Source: Bacteroidota bacterium
GTDB lineage: Bacteria; Bacteroidota; Bacteroidia; JACPRZ01
Reading direction: 5' to 3'
DNA: 64,000 nucleotides
NCBI GenBank assembly: GCA_016193485.1
Contig: JACPRZ010000061.1
Span: 6,855 to 70,854 of the forward strand
The position numbers were made by a program, and so were the translations under genes. Every line of letters starts with the position of its first letter. Position 1 is the first letter of the stretch. Below are positions 40,902 through 49,917 of this stretch, piece after piece. The notes under the pieces are model-generated. The model did not search any database. It was not told where the DNA came from and saw only the letters and a program-made list of their open reading frames with translations.

Positions 40902-41519
40902 TTGAATCCAACACCAGGCACTGGTCTTATTCCCATTGTTGAAATATTTCATTCCATCCAGGGCGAGGGATACTTTTCCGGCACTCCTGCGGTTTTTATC
41001 CGGCTTGGCGGGTGTGATGTGGGTTGTCACTGGTGCGATGAAAAGAATAGTTGGGACAAAAACAACTGGCCTTTTGTCAGGGTTGAGAAAATTGTAAAGG
41101 AGACGGTAAAATACCCGGCTGATATTGTTGTCATTACAGGGGGGGAGCCGTTAATGCACTCCTTAAATGAACTTACTGCCGGGTTACGGAAGGCAGGGAA
41201 AAGAACTCATCTTGAGACCTCAGGCGCTTACCCGCTTTCGGGCAGATGGGACTGGATTTGCCTGTCGCCAAAAAAATTCATGTCTCCGCACAATGAAATT
41301 TACCGTAAAACCGGTGAACTGAAAATTATCGTTTACAACAAAGATGATTTCAGATGGGCAGAGGAACAGGCGAAAAAGGTTTCCCGGAAATGTAAACTCT
41401 TCCTGCAGCCGGAGTGGAGCAGGAAAAAAGCGGTATTGCCGGTGATTGTTAACTATGTGCAGAAATTCCCGGAGTGGAGGGTTTCAATGCAAATCCATAA
41501 GTACGTGCAGGTGAAATAA
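40902..41519 (+). CDS. queE: 7-carboxy-7-deazaguanine synthase (radical SAM)
   Basis: EIFHSIQGEG, RLGGCDVGCHWCD, TGGEP and QIHKY. Confidence 0.93.
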   Translation: MNPTPGTGLIPIVEIFHSIQGEGYFSGTPAVFIRLGGCDVGCHWCDEKNSWDKNNWPFVRVEKIVKETVKYPADIVVITGGEPLMHSLNELTAGLRKAGKRTHLETSGAYPLSGRWDWICLSPKKFMSPHNEIYRKTGELKIIVYNKDDFRWAEEQAKKVSRKCKLFLQPEWSRKKAVLPVIVNYVQKFPEWRVSMQIHKYVQVK

Positions 41520-41690
41520 TGCTTTAATATGAGTATCGGAGCGAACGCATATTCCTATTCCCTATTCCATTCATTCTCCCGATAGCCATCGGGATTCCAT
41601 CCTTACATTTTTCCAATCTTCCATTCTTCCTCTATCCCTCCATCCCTCTCCCCATTTCATCCGTCTCATTTTCTTTCCGACCTTTGCCCC

Positions 41691-43661
41691 ATGAGTGTAA
41701 AAATTTTTCCACCTGTTTATTTTTCCTGCCTCACAATAATCCTGTTTTTATATTCGTCTTTCTCGTATTCCCAGGAAGTTAAAATCAACTATACCACCGC
41801 CAATAAAAAAGCCATTAAACGCTACGAGAATGCAATTGCTTTATATAATCAGGCGCAATACCGGCAAACGGAAGAAGAACTGCTGAAAGCCATTGCTATC
41901 GATTCCACCTTTGTGGAAGCCCATACCCTGCTTGGCGATTTGTACGACATTACGAAAAGATTTGACCAGGCGATTTCATCTTACCGCAAAGCAGTTACTA
42001 TTATGCCGGACTTTTTCCCGGGAACTTTTTTCAACCTCGCCAATCTTGAATTCAAAAAAGCGCAATATGAAGAGGCGCTGGATCATTATGAAAAATATAA
42101 TTCTTCTTCCGAAAGCGAACGCCAGGCGAAATATAAACGCATTGCGGAACAAAATATCCGCAACTGCCGCTTCGCCATTGAAGCGATGAAGAACCCGGTG
42201 CCTTTTAATCCGGTTAACCTTGGAGATAGCGTAAACACGCCCAACGATGAATACCTGCCTGCTCTTACTGCCGATGAACAGACCCTGCTCTTTACCATGC
42301 GCCATCCCGCTACCGAACAAACCTATCATCCGCATGACGGAACCGAGGAGGATTTTTTTATCACCACAAAGGAAAGCGACCGCTGGAAGCGGATAAATAA
42401 ATTACCCCCCCCTGTAAATACTCCGGGCAACGAAGGCGCCCACTGCCTTACTCCGAACGGCCAGATCCTCATTTTCACGGGCTGCAACCGCACCGATGGG
42501 TCGGGCAGCTGCGACCTGTATTTTTCCAAAAAGAATGGGGATGAGTGGAGCAAGCCGGTAAATATGGGTACGCCCATTAATACCGGTGCATGGGAATCGC
42601 AACCATCAATGTCTTCTGATGAAAAAACACTCTATTTTGTAAGCAATCGTCAGGGTGGAAAAGGCGATAAAGACATCTGGATGAGCCGCCTGGGGGATGA
42701 CGGGTTCTGGGCCACGCCTGAAAACCTGGGTGACACGATCAATACTCCCGGAACCGAACAATCCCCGTTCATCCACCCCGACAATCAAACCCTCTATTTC
42801 GCTTCATCAGGCCATACCGGCATGGGGCAGGAAGACATTTTTTTCTCAAGACGGCTGGAAAACGGTTCATGGTCAAATCCTGTGAACCTGGGATATCCCA
42901 TTAACACCAATGCGGATGAAAGCAGTTTGTTCGTAACGGCAAGCGGCACTACCGCTTATTTTGCTTCGGGGAAAGATAAGGGCGATCTTGACCTTTATTA
43001 TTTTGAACTTCCCGAAAGGGCGAGGCCGGTGACGGTATCCTATATGAAGGGACGGGTTTTTAACTCCAAAACCAGCGAACCGGTTGAAGCGAACTTTGAA
43101 TTAATTGATCTCGGCAGGAACGAACTCATTGTTAAATCAAAATCAAATAAAGGAAACGGGGAATTTCTCGTTTGCCTTCCTGCGGGACGGAATTACGCTC
43201 TCAATGTTTCAAAAAAGGGCTTTCTCTTTTATTCCGACCATTTTGAACTTGACAGGGCTTCTTCATCCGTGGATCCCGTGATAAAAGATATTGCGCTTTC
43301 ACCGGTTGAACCGGGAGCAAAAGTCATCCTTAAAAATATTTTTTACGAAACCGACAGGTTTGACCTCAAACATGAATCACGGGCGGAACTTGAAAAACTG
43401 ATCCAGTTCCTCAGACAGAATCCGGGAGTTTCAATTGAAATCAGCGGGCATACCGATAATGCAGGCGACAAAAAATATAACCAGGATTTATCTGAAAAAC
43501 GCGCAAAGTCGGTTTATGATTACCTGGCGGGGAACGGCATTTCGGCAGGTAAACTCTCTTTCAGGGGATATGGCGACACCCAACCCGGATTTCCGAACGA
43601 TTCGGATGAGAACCGCGCAAAAAACAGGAGGACGGAGTTCAGGATTATCGCTGTTCAGTAA
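41691..43661 (+). CDS. OmpA-family protein with TPR and PD40 repeats (PorE-like)
   Basis: N-terminal TPR, repeated PVNLG..INT...E..P blades, and IEISGHTD...NRRTEF. Confidence 0.9.
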   Translation: MSVKIFPPVYFSCLTIILFLYSSFSYSQEVKINYTTANKKAIKRYENAIALYNQAQYRQTEEELLKAIAIDSTFVEAHTLLGDLYDITKRFDQAISSYRKAVTIMPDFFPGTFFNLANLEFKKAQYEEALDHYEKYNSSSESERQAKYKRIAEQNIRNCRFAIEAMKNPVPFNPVNLGDSVNTPNDEYLPALTADEQTLLFTMRHPATEQTYHPHDGTEEDFFITTKESDRWKRINKLPPPVNTPGNEGAHCLTPNGQILIFTGCNRTDGSGSCDLYFSKKNGDEWSKPVNMGTPINTGAWESQPSMSSDEKTLYFVSNRQGGKGDKDIWMSRLGDDGFWATPENLGDTINTPGTEQSPFIHPDNQTLYFASSGHTGMGQEDIFFSRRLENGSWSNPVNLGYPINTNADESSLFVTASGTTAYFASGKDKGDLDLYYFELPERARPVTVSYMKGRVFNSKTSEPVEANFELIDLGRNELIVKSKSNKGNGEFLVCLPAGRNYALNVSKKGFLFYSDHFELDRASSSVDPVIKDIALSPVEPGAKVILKNIFYETDRFDLKHESRAELEKLIQFLRQNPGVSIEISGHTDNAGDKKYNQDLSEKRAKSVYDYLAGNGISAGKLSFRGYGDTQPGFPNDSDENRAKNRRTEFRIIAVQ

Positions 43662-43678
43662 AATTAAAATCAATCAGA

Positions 43679-44611
43679 TTGAAACAGGGAACCGTTATAA
43701 AAGTAGCGGGAAATATTTTCTCCGTCAGAACGGATGCAGGTGATTGTACAACTTGTTATGTGAAAGGACGACTCCGCATTGAAGGATTAAGGGCCACCAG
43801 TCCTGCCGCAGTTGGCGACAGGGTGGATTTTGAGAGGAGTGAATCCGGACCCGGCCTGATTGCCCGCATCCATCCGAGAAAAAATTATATCATCCGCAAA
43901 GCCGTAAAAAAATCAAGCGAGGTGCAGGTAATTGCTTCCAATATTGACCAGGCGCTGCTCATGGTTTCACTTGTTTCGCCAAAGACGCTTACCGGTTTTA
44001 TTGACCGTTTTCTCGTAACTGCTGAAGCGTACCGGATACCTGTTATTCTTGTTTTTAATAAAACGGATCTTTACGGTAAAAAGGAGCAGGAGGAACTTGC
44101 ATATTTCAGCCGTACCTACACCGGAGCGGGTTATAAATGCATGCACACTTCAGTAACGGAGAATAAAAACATTGATTCGGTAAAAGATACTCTGAAAAAC
44201 AAAATCACTTTATTATCCGGAAATTCCGGTGTGGGAAAATCATCCATGCTTAACCTGATCCAGCCGGACCTCTATCTGAAAACGGATGAGATTTCATCTG
44301 CCCATGATACGGGGAAGCATGTAACCACATTTGCCGAGATGATAACAATGGGCAATAACGCCAGGATCATTGATACACCGGGAGTAAAGAGTTTCGGCAT
44401 CGTTGACTTTTACCGCAATGAACTCTTTCACTATTTCCCGGAGATGTTCTCCCGCAGTAAGGAATGTAAATTTAATGACTGTACGCATATCAAAGAACCG
44501 AAATGTGCTGTCAAACGGGCAGTGGAAAGCGGTGAAATCGCTTCTTTCCGGTATGAGAATTATTTAAAAATATTCCGGGATGAGGATATGGATGTTGAAT
44601 ATGATGATTGA
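43679..44611 (+). CDS. rsgA: Ribosome small subunit-dependent GTPase A
   Basis: NKTD, GNSGVGKSS, IIDTPG and a C..C.H...P.C zinc site. Confidence 0.96.
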   Translation: MKQGTVIKVAGNIFSVRTDAGDCTTCYVKGRLRIEGLRATSPAAVGDRVDFERSESGPGLIARIHPRKNYIIRKAVKKSSEVQVIASNIDQALLMVSLVSPKTLTGFIDRFLVTAEAYRIPVILVFNKTDLYGKKEQEELAYFSRTYTGAGYKCMHTSVTENKNIDSVKDTLKNKITLLSGNSGVGKSSMLNLIQPDLYLKTDEISSAHDTGKHVTTFAEMITMGNNARIIDTPGVKSFGIVDFYRNELFHYFPEMFSRSKECKFNDCTHIKEPKCAVKRAVESGEIASFRYENYLKIFRDEDMDVEYDD

Positions 44612-45435
44612 TTAATTTTACTTCTATGTTCGTTAAAACAACTGAGTCCGTTTCACCGCACCAACACCTTGAGAAAATGGTGGTGCGGAAACTTCTTGCC
44701 GGCATGAATGCAGAGGATCACAAGGTTGCTGGTGTAATTAAAAAAATATTACCCGATATTGAAATGGTTGTGAAGGTCATTGAAAAAAAGATGAAAAAGG
44801 GGGGGAGATTGTTTTATATCGGTTCCGGCACAAGCGGCAGGTTGGGAATTGTTGATGCTTCGGAATGTCCGCCTACGTATGGAGTAGATCACGGACGAGT
44901 AATAGGAATCATTGCAGGAGGTGACAGGGCAATCCGCAAAGCGGTTGAATTTGCCGAGGATGATATGGAGCAGGGATGGAAGGACCTGCAAAAATACAAA
45001 ATATCAAAAAAGGATATCATTATCGGGATATCCGCTTCCGGCACAACTCCCTATGTTGCCGGAACTGTTCAATCATGCAACATGAACGGAATAGCCACCT
45101 GTGGAATTACCTGCAACGGGGGAAGTCCGCTGGCGATGGAAGCGAAATTTCCCATTGTTGCCGTAGTGGGTCCGGAATTTGTCACCGGAAGCACCCGTAT
45201 GAAAGCCGGTACCGCTCAGAAATTAATCCTCAACATGATCTCCACTTCGGTCATGATACGTCTTGGTAAAGTAAAAGGCAATAAGATGGTGAATATGCAA
45301 CTCACCAATAATAAACTCATTGACCGCGGCAGCAGGATTATTGCGGAGGAATTATCGCTCCCGTATGAACGGGCAAAAGAACTTTTGTTATTACACGGCA
45401 GCGTGAGGAAAACTTTAGAACGGTCTGGCAAATAA
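44608..45435 (+). CDS. murQ: N-acetylmuramic acid 6-phosphate etherase
   Basis: GSGTSGRLG...DASECPPTYG and GSTRMKAGTAQK. Confidence 0.96.
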   Translation: MINFTSMFVKTTESVSPHQHLEKMVVRKLLAGMNAEDHKVAGVIKKILPDIEMVVKVIEKKMKKGGRLFYIGSGTSGRLGIVDASECPPTYGVDHGRVIGIIAGGDRAIRKAVEFAEDDMEQGWKDLQKYKISKKDIIIGISASGTTPYVAGTVQSCNMNGIATCGITCNGGSPLAMEAKFPIVAVVGPEFVTGSTRMKAGTAQKLILNMISTSVMIRLGKVKGNKMVNMQLTNNKLIDRGSRIIAEELSLPYERAKELLLLHGSVRKTLERSGK

Positions 45436-45477
45436 TATTTTTCCTTATATTTGCTCTAATCTTTAACCAATCCCATC

Positions 45478-46290
45478 ATGAAAACATCTTTATTATCAAT
45501 CGGGGCATCGGTACTGTGCCTCGCTTTAATCGGATTATTTCCGATGACCTCCTGCCGGAAAAAAGGAGAAACACCGGTATTGCCGCCCCAGGAAAGTTTT
45601 GTTATAAACACAGATGCGCTTCCTGATTCGGCAAGCGGAAAAACTGCAGCAGATACAACTATGGCGAAGTGGTTCTATTCTGCTGCAACTGTTGGCATAT
45701 GGAATACCGTGCTGACAGTTACCTTATTTGTCCCTGTCGCTTCTTATGTTGAAGCGCTTAAACAAACCCCCGTATGGGATAAAAAAGAGAAAAAGTGGAG
45801 TTGGGTATTCAGCGTGACGGGGTTCTGGAATATTACCTATACCTGTAAACTTTACGGATGGGTTAACGGCACCAATTATGAGTGGGAGATGTATATCAGC
45901 CAGGCAGGCGGGCCACAGAATGTACTCTGGTATGAAGGCGTCACGGCCAAAGACCAGTCACATGCCGAGTGGACTCTTTATAAAGACATCAATAACCCGG
46001 TCAAATTCATCGGTGTTGTTTACAATAAAAATGGCGATGGAACTTCCAATATAAAATATACCAACATATTGGAAGGCGATGCAGGAAATGGAGGGTATAT
46101 TTATTATGGACTTAGTACTGATCCCCAGTATAATGCTTTTTATGATGTGAATTACATTCAGAATTCCAAACTAACCGAAATCCGCTGGAATACCACTTCC
46201 AAAATCGGTAAAGTGCGGGATAACGTTCAATTCGGTGATTCTGACTGGCATTGCTGGGATACCATGCTGAAAGATGCGGTGTGCCCGTAA
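45478..46290 (+). CDS. Hypothetical lipoprotein
   Basis: Lipobox MTSC followed by RKK. TATATTTG promoter at 45446-45453. Confidence 0.75.
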   Translation: MKTSLLSIGASVLCLALIGLFPMTSCRKKGETPVLPPQESFVINTDALPDSASGKTAADTTMAKWFYSAATVGIWNTVLTVTLFVPVASYVEALKQTPVWDKKEKKWSWVFSVTGFWNITYTCKLYGWVNGTNYEWEMYISQAGGPQNVLWYEGVTAKDQSHAEWTLYKDINNPVKFIGVVYNKNGDGTSNIKYTNILEGDAGNGGYIYYGLSTDPQYNAFYDVNYIQNSKLTEIRWNTTSKIGKVRDNVQFGDSDWHCWDTMLKDAVCP

Positions 46291-46362
46291 TTGCATTATT
46301 TCTGATTTCGATACTATTCACTCCGCCTTTGGCGGACAGGGGGCTGGGGGGTGAATAGGTAA

Positions 46363-46494
46363 CTTCTCAATACTTGTAGGTAAAATTTTACATTTTGCAT
46401 TTTACATTTATTGTTTTTTTGACAATGTAAAATATAAAATTCTAAATATAAAATGTAAAAGTTCAATCACCAAATACCTGTGGATATTGAGAAG
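46363..46494. mobile_element. MITE-like element with ~20-bp imperfect terminal inverted repeats around an inverted TTTTACA array
   Basis: Left end CTTCTCAATACTTGTAGGTA, right end (reverse complement) CTTCTCAATATCCACAGGTA. Confidence 0.5.
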
Positions 46495-46639
46495 CCGTGC
46501 TAAAGATACTCCCCCTTCAGGTGGATGGGGGATGAATAGTAACTTGGTTTCTTAATCTAATTAACAGAGGCGTTCATGGACAAACGGGAACGCCTTTGTT
46601 ATTATATACCTTTGTACGTTTTTCAAACCGTCAGGAATT

Positions 46640-48712
46640 ATGGATGCGGATATCAAATCAAAAATCATTGAATTATCCATTACAGGTATTAAAGATATCT
46701 GGAATTTTGAAGTTCCTTCCGGGTCTATTATCATTCAGAAAACCCGTCCTGAATTCACTAGCGATATTACACTTGTAGTATTTCCTCTCACCAAATTTAC
46801 AAAAACCTCTCCCGACAAAACCGCACAACAACTCGGTGAATATCTGAAAAACCGTATTCCTGAAATTGAAGGTTTTAATGTAATAAAAGGATTCCTCAAT
46901 ATATCTCTTATCAATTCTTTCTGGATTTCCTTTCTTCATGACATGTATGATGATACCCGTTTCGGTTTCACCCCCCCCGGCTCATCCGCATCGGTTATGG
47001 TTGAATTTTCTTCGCCAAATACCAACAAGCCGCTGCATCTCGGCCATATCCGCAACAACCTGATCGGTAATTCACTTTCGGAGATTCTTTCGGCAACAGG
47101 CAATAAGGTCATTAAAGCGAACCTCGTAAATGACAGGGGAATTCATATCTGTAAGTCAATGTATGCATGGAAAGAATGGGGAGCCGGTGAAACTCCGGAG
47201 TCATCGGGAATAAAGGGAGATAAACTTGTAGGAAAATATTATGTTGAGTTTGAAAAGAGATTAATTGCACAAACAAAGGAAAAAATAATAAGCATTTATA
47301 CACAAATTATTAAACAAGCAACCCCTATAAATGAAATTAAAAAAGAAGATATAAAATTAGCAACCTTTGATGCTATACCCAGAACAATTGAAACGGATTA
47401 TGATTACAATGAAATTAAAGATGCTTTTGCAAGAGCGCTAATTACTTACAATCAAACCGGAAGATTTCCTTCTATTGAAGAAGACAAATTTATCATTGAA
47501 TATTTTAAAAAATATACTTCTTTATTTAATGATGCGCAGGAAATGCTCCGTAAATGGGAGGATGGCGATGAAACTACTATTTTCCTCTGGAAAAAAATGA
47601 ATGACTGGGTTTATAAGGGTTTTGAAACTACTTACCGTGAACTGGGCATTTCATTTGATAAAACTTACTATGAGTCGGAGACATATCTTTTGGGAAAAGA
47701 GATAGTGGATGAGGGTGTCCGGAAGAATGTATTTATCCGAAAAGAAGACGGTTCCGTATGGTGTGATTTAACCGATGACGGGCTGGATGAAAAACTCCTT
47801 CAGCGTTCGGACGGCACTTCCGTTTATATGACACAGGATATTGGCACTGCAGCAGAAAGGTTTAAGGAATTTCCCGGAATGAAAAAATTAATTTACGTGG
47901 TTGGAAGCGAACAGGAGTATCATTTCAAGGTACTTTTTCTGATATTAAAAAAACTCGGCTATTCCTGGGCCGGTGACTGTCATCATCTCTCCTATGGAAT
48001 GGTTGACCTGCCGGAAGGGAAAATGAAATCGCGCGAAGGAACCGTTGTGGATGCCGATGACCTGATTGAGGAAATGTACGAAACGAGCAGGCAAACAACA
48101 AAAGAACTCGGTAAACTTGAAGGAATTCCCGATAAAGAAAAAGAATCAATATGCAGGATGATCGGCATGGGCGCATTAAAATATTTTATTCTGAAAGTTG
48201 ACCCAAAGAAAAGGATGGTTTTTAATCCGAAAGAATCCATTGACTTTGAGGGAAACACCGGTCCTTTTATTCAATACACTTATGCGAGGATACAATCGTT
48301 GTTGAGGAAAGCAGGGGACTGGAGAAAGGTTACGGGAGACCTGCCTGCCGGCAGGCACGGCAGAAGACAGGACACAGGGAATACATTAAAGATCCAACCG
48401 GTAGAAAAAAATGTGATTAAATTGATTTTTGATTTTCCAGGAGTCATCAGGCAAGCAGCAGATGAATTTAACCCGGCTGTTATTGCAAACTACATGTATG
48501 AACTCGCAAAAGAATTTAATCATTTCTACCAGACGGTCCCGGTATTGCCCGCCAAAGGCGGGTCCCTGCCTGCCGGTCAGGCAGGCGCCTCTGGCGGAAA
48601 GGCGGAAGATGAGGAGCGGTTGAATTTCCGGCTGCGGTTATCCGATACTACCGGAAAAATAATCAAAAAAGGTATGAACCTGCTTGGGATAAATGTGCCG
48701 GAGAAAATGTGA
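46640..48712 (+). CDS. argS: Arginine--tRNA ligase
   Basis: EFSSPNTNKPLHLGH, KMKSREG and LLGINVPEKM. TACCTTTG promoter at 46607-46614. Carries three insertions. Confidence 0.97.
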   Translation: MDADIKSKIIELSITGIKDIWNFEVPSGSIIIQKTRPEFTSDITLVVFPLTKFTKTSPDKTAQQLGEYLKNRIPEIEGFNVIKGFLNISLINSFWISFLHDMYDDTRFGFTPPGSSASVMVEFSSPNTNKPLHLGHIRNNLIGNSLSEILSATGNKVIKANLVNDRGIHICKSMYAWKEWGAGETPESSGIKGDKLVGKYYVEFEKRLIAQTKEKIISIYTQIIKQATPINEIKKEDIKLATFDAIPRTIETDYDYNEIKDAFARALITYNQTGRFPSIEEDKFIIEYFKKYTSLFNDAQEMLRKWEDGDETTIFLWKKMNDWVYKGFETTYRELGISFDKTYYESETYLLGKEIVDEGVRKNVFIRKEDGSVWCDLTDDGLDEKLLQRSDGTSVYMTQDIGTAAERFKEFPGMKKLIYVVGSEQEYHFKVLFLILKKLGYSWAGDCHHLSYGMVDLPEGKMKSREGTVVDADDLIEEMYETSRQTTKELGKLEGIPDKEKESICRMIGMGALKYFILKVDPKKRMVFNPKESIDFEGNTGPFIQYTYARIQSLLRKAGDWRKVTGDLPAGRHGRRQDTGNTLKIQPVEKNVIKLIFDFPGVIRQAADEFNPAVIANYMYELAKEFNHFYQTVPVLPAKGGSLPAGQAGASGGKAEDEERLNFRLRLSDTTGKIIKKGMNLLGINVPEKM
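48340..48360. mobile_element. 21-bp palindromic element CCTGCCTGCCGGCAGGCACGG (other copies at 40162, 48565, 63005; long form at 36520; half copy at 38392)
   Basis: Exact reverse complement of 40162..40182 in ccmF. Confidence 0.75.
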
Positions 48713-48730
48713 CAAAAAATTTTTCAGTGT

Positions 48731-49873
48731 CTATTTCAGAACTTCACGTGCAATTATTTCTTTCATTATTTCATTTGATCCTGCATAAATCTTCTGCGCG
48801 CGGCTGTCGGCATAGGCGCGGGCGATGAAATAATCCCACATGTAACCGTATCCGCCATGCAACTGCACACATTCATCCACAACTTTGCATTGCAGTTCGG
48901 TGAGAAAGTATTTCGCCATGGAAGCAGTAGCGGCATCGAGCCCTTTATTCAAATGTAAATCAAGGCAACGATCTGCAAAAGTTCTGCCGGCCTGGATTTC
49001 AGCAGCCATCTCTGCCAGTTTGAACCGGGTATTCTGAAATTCGGAGATTGTTTTTCCAAAAGCGCTTCTTTCTTTTGTGTACTGAACGGTTATTTCAAAT
49101 GCCGCTTCTGCGAGCGATATTGCCATCAGGGCTACTACGAGCCGCTCCTGCGGAAGTTGCTGCATCAAATATTTGAATCCTTCACCCTCCCTGCCAAGTA
49201 AATTGTTCACAGGTACACGCACGTTATCAAAAAACATCTCACAGGTATCTTGCGCTTTCATGCCGATTTTTTTCAACGGTCTGCCCTTTGTAAAACCTTC
49301 TTTCCCGGCTTCTACCAATAATAAACTCATACCCTTTGCTCCCACGGAAGTATCAGTTTTCACGGCAACAATCACCATGTCCGCCATGAAGCCGTTAGTA
49401 ATAAATGTTTTTGAGCCGTTAACGATATATTCCCCCCCCTCTTTTCTTGCAGTGGTTTTTATCGCCTGTAAATCGCTTCCGGCATTGGGTTCGCTCATGG
49501 CGATGGCTCCGATTATTTCACCGGATGCCATTTTCGGAAGGAATGTTTTTTTCTGCTCCTGAGTCCCGTAGTGTAAAATGTAAGGGGCAACGATATCCGA
49601 ATGCACAGGGAATCCGGGACCGGTGCAGCCAGTTCGTGCAAGTTCCTCAATAAAAACAGCGCTAAAAAGGAAGTCGGCTCCGCTGCCGCCATATTCTTCA
49701 GGGAATGCAGTGCATAGAAATCCTGCCTTGCCTGCCTTCAGCCATGCTTCGCGCGAAACCATTCCCGCCTGTTCCCATTGTTCATGGTACGGAACAATTT
49801 CCTTTTGAAGGAATTTACGGGAGGATTCACGGAAAAGATTATGTTCTTCGGAAAAGAGGGTGCGGGGAATCAT
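48731..49873 (-). CDS. Acyl-CoA dehydrogenase
   Basis: IAMSEPNAGSDL, NGSKTFITNG, QLHGGYGY and IYAGSNEIM. Confidence 0.95.
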   Translation of the reverse strand: MIPRTLFSEEHNLFRESSRKFLQKEIVPYHEQWEQAGMVSREAWLKAGKAGFLCTAFPEEYGGSGADFLFSAVFIEELARTGCTGPGFPVHSDIVAPYILHYGTQEQKKTFLPKMASGEIIGAIAMSEPNAGSDLQAIKTTARKEGGEYIVNGSKTFITNGFMADMVIVAVKTDTSVGAKGMSLLLVEAGKEGFTKGRPLKKIGMKAQDTCEMFFDNVRVPVNNLLGREGEGFKYLMQQLPQERLVVALMAISLAEAAFEITVQYTKERSAFGKTISEFQNTRFKLAEMAAEIQAGRTFADRCLDLHLNKGLDAATASMAKYFLTELQCKVVDECVQLHGGYGYMWDYFIARAYADSRAQKIYAGSNEIMKEIIAREVLK

Positions 49874-49917
49874 GATTTTTAAAGTTAGGAGTTATGAATC
49901 ATGAATAATGAATAATA

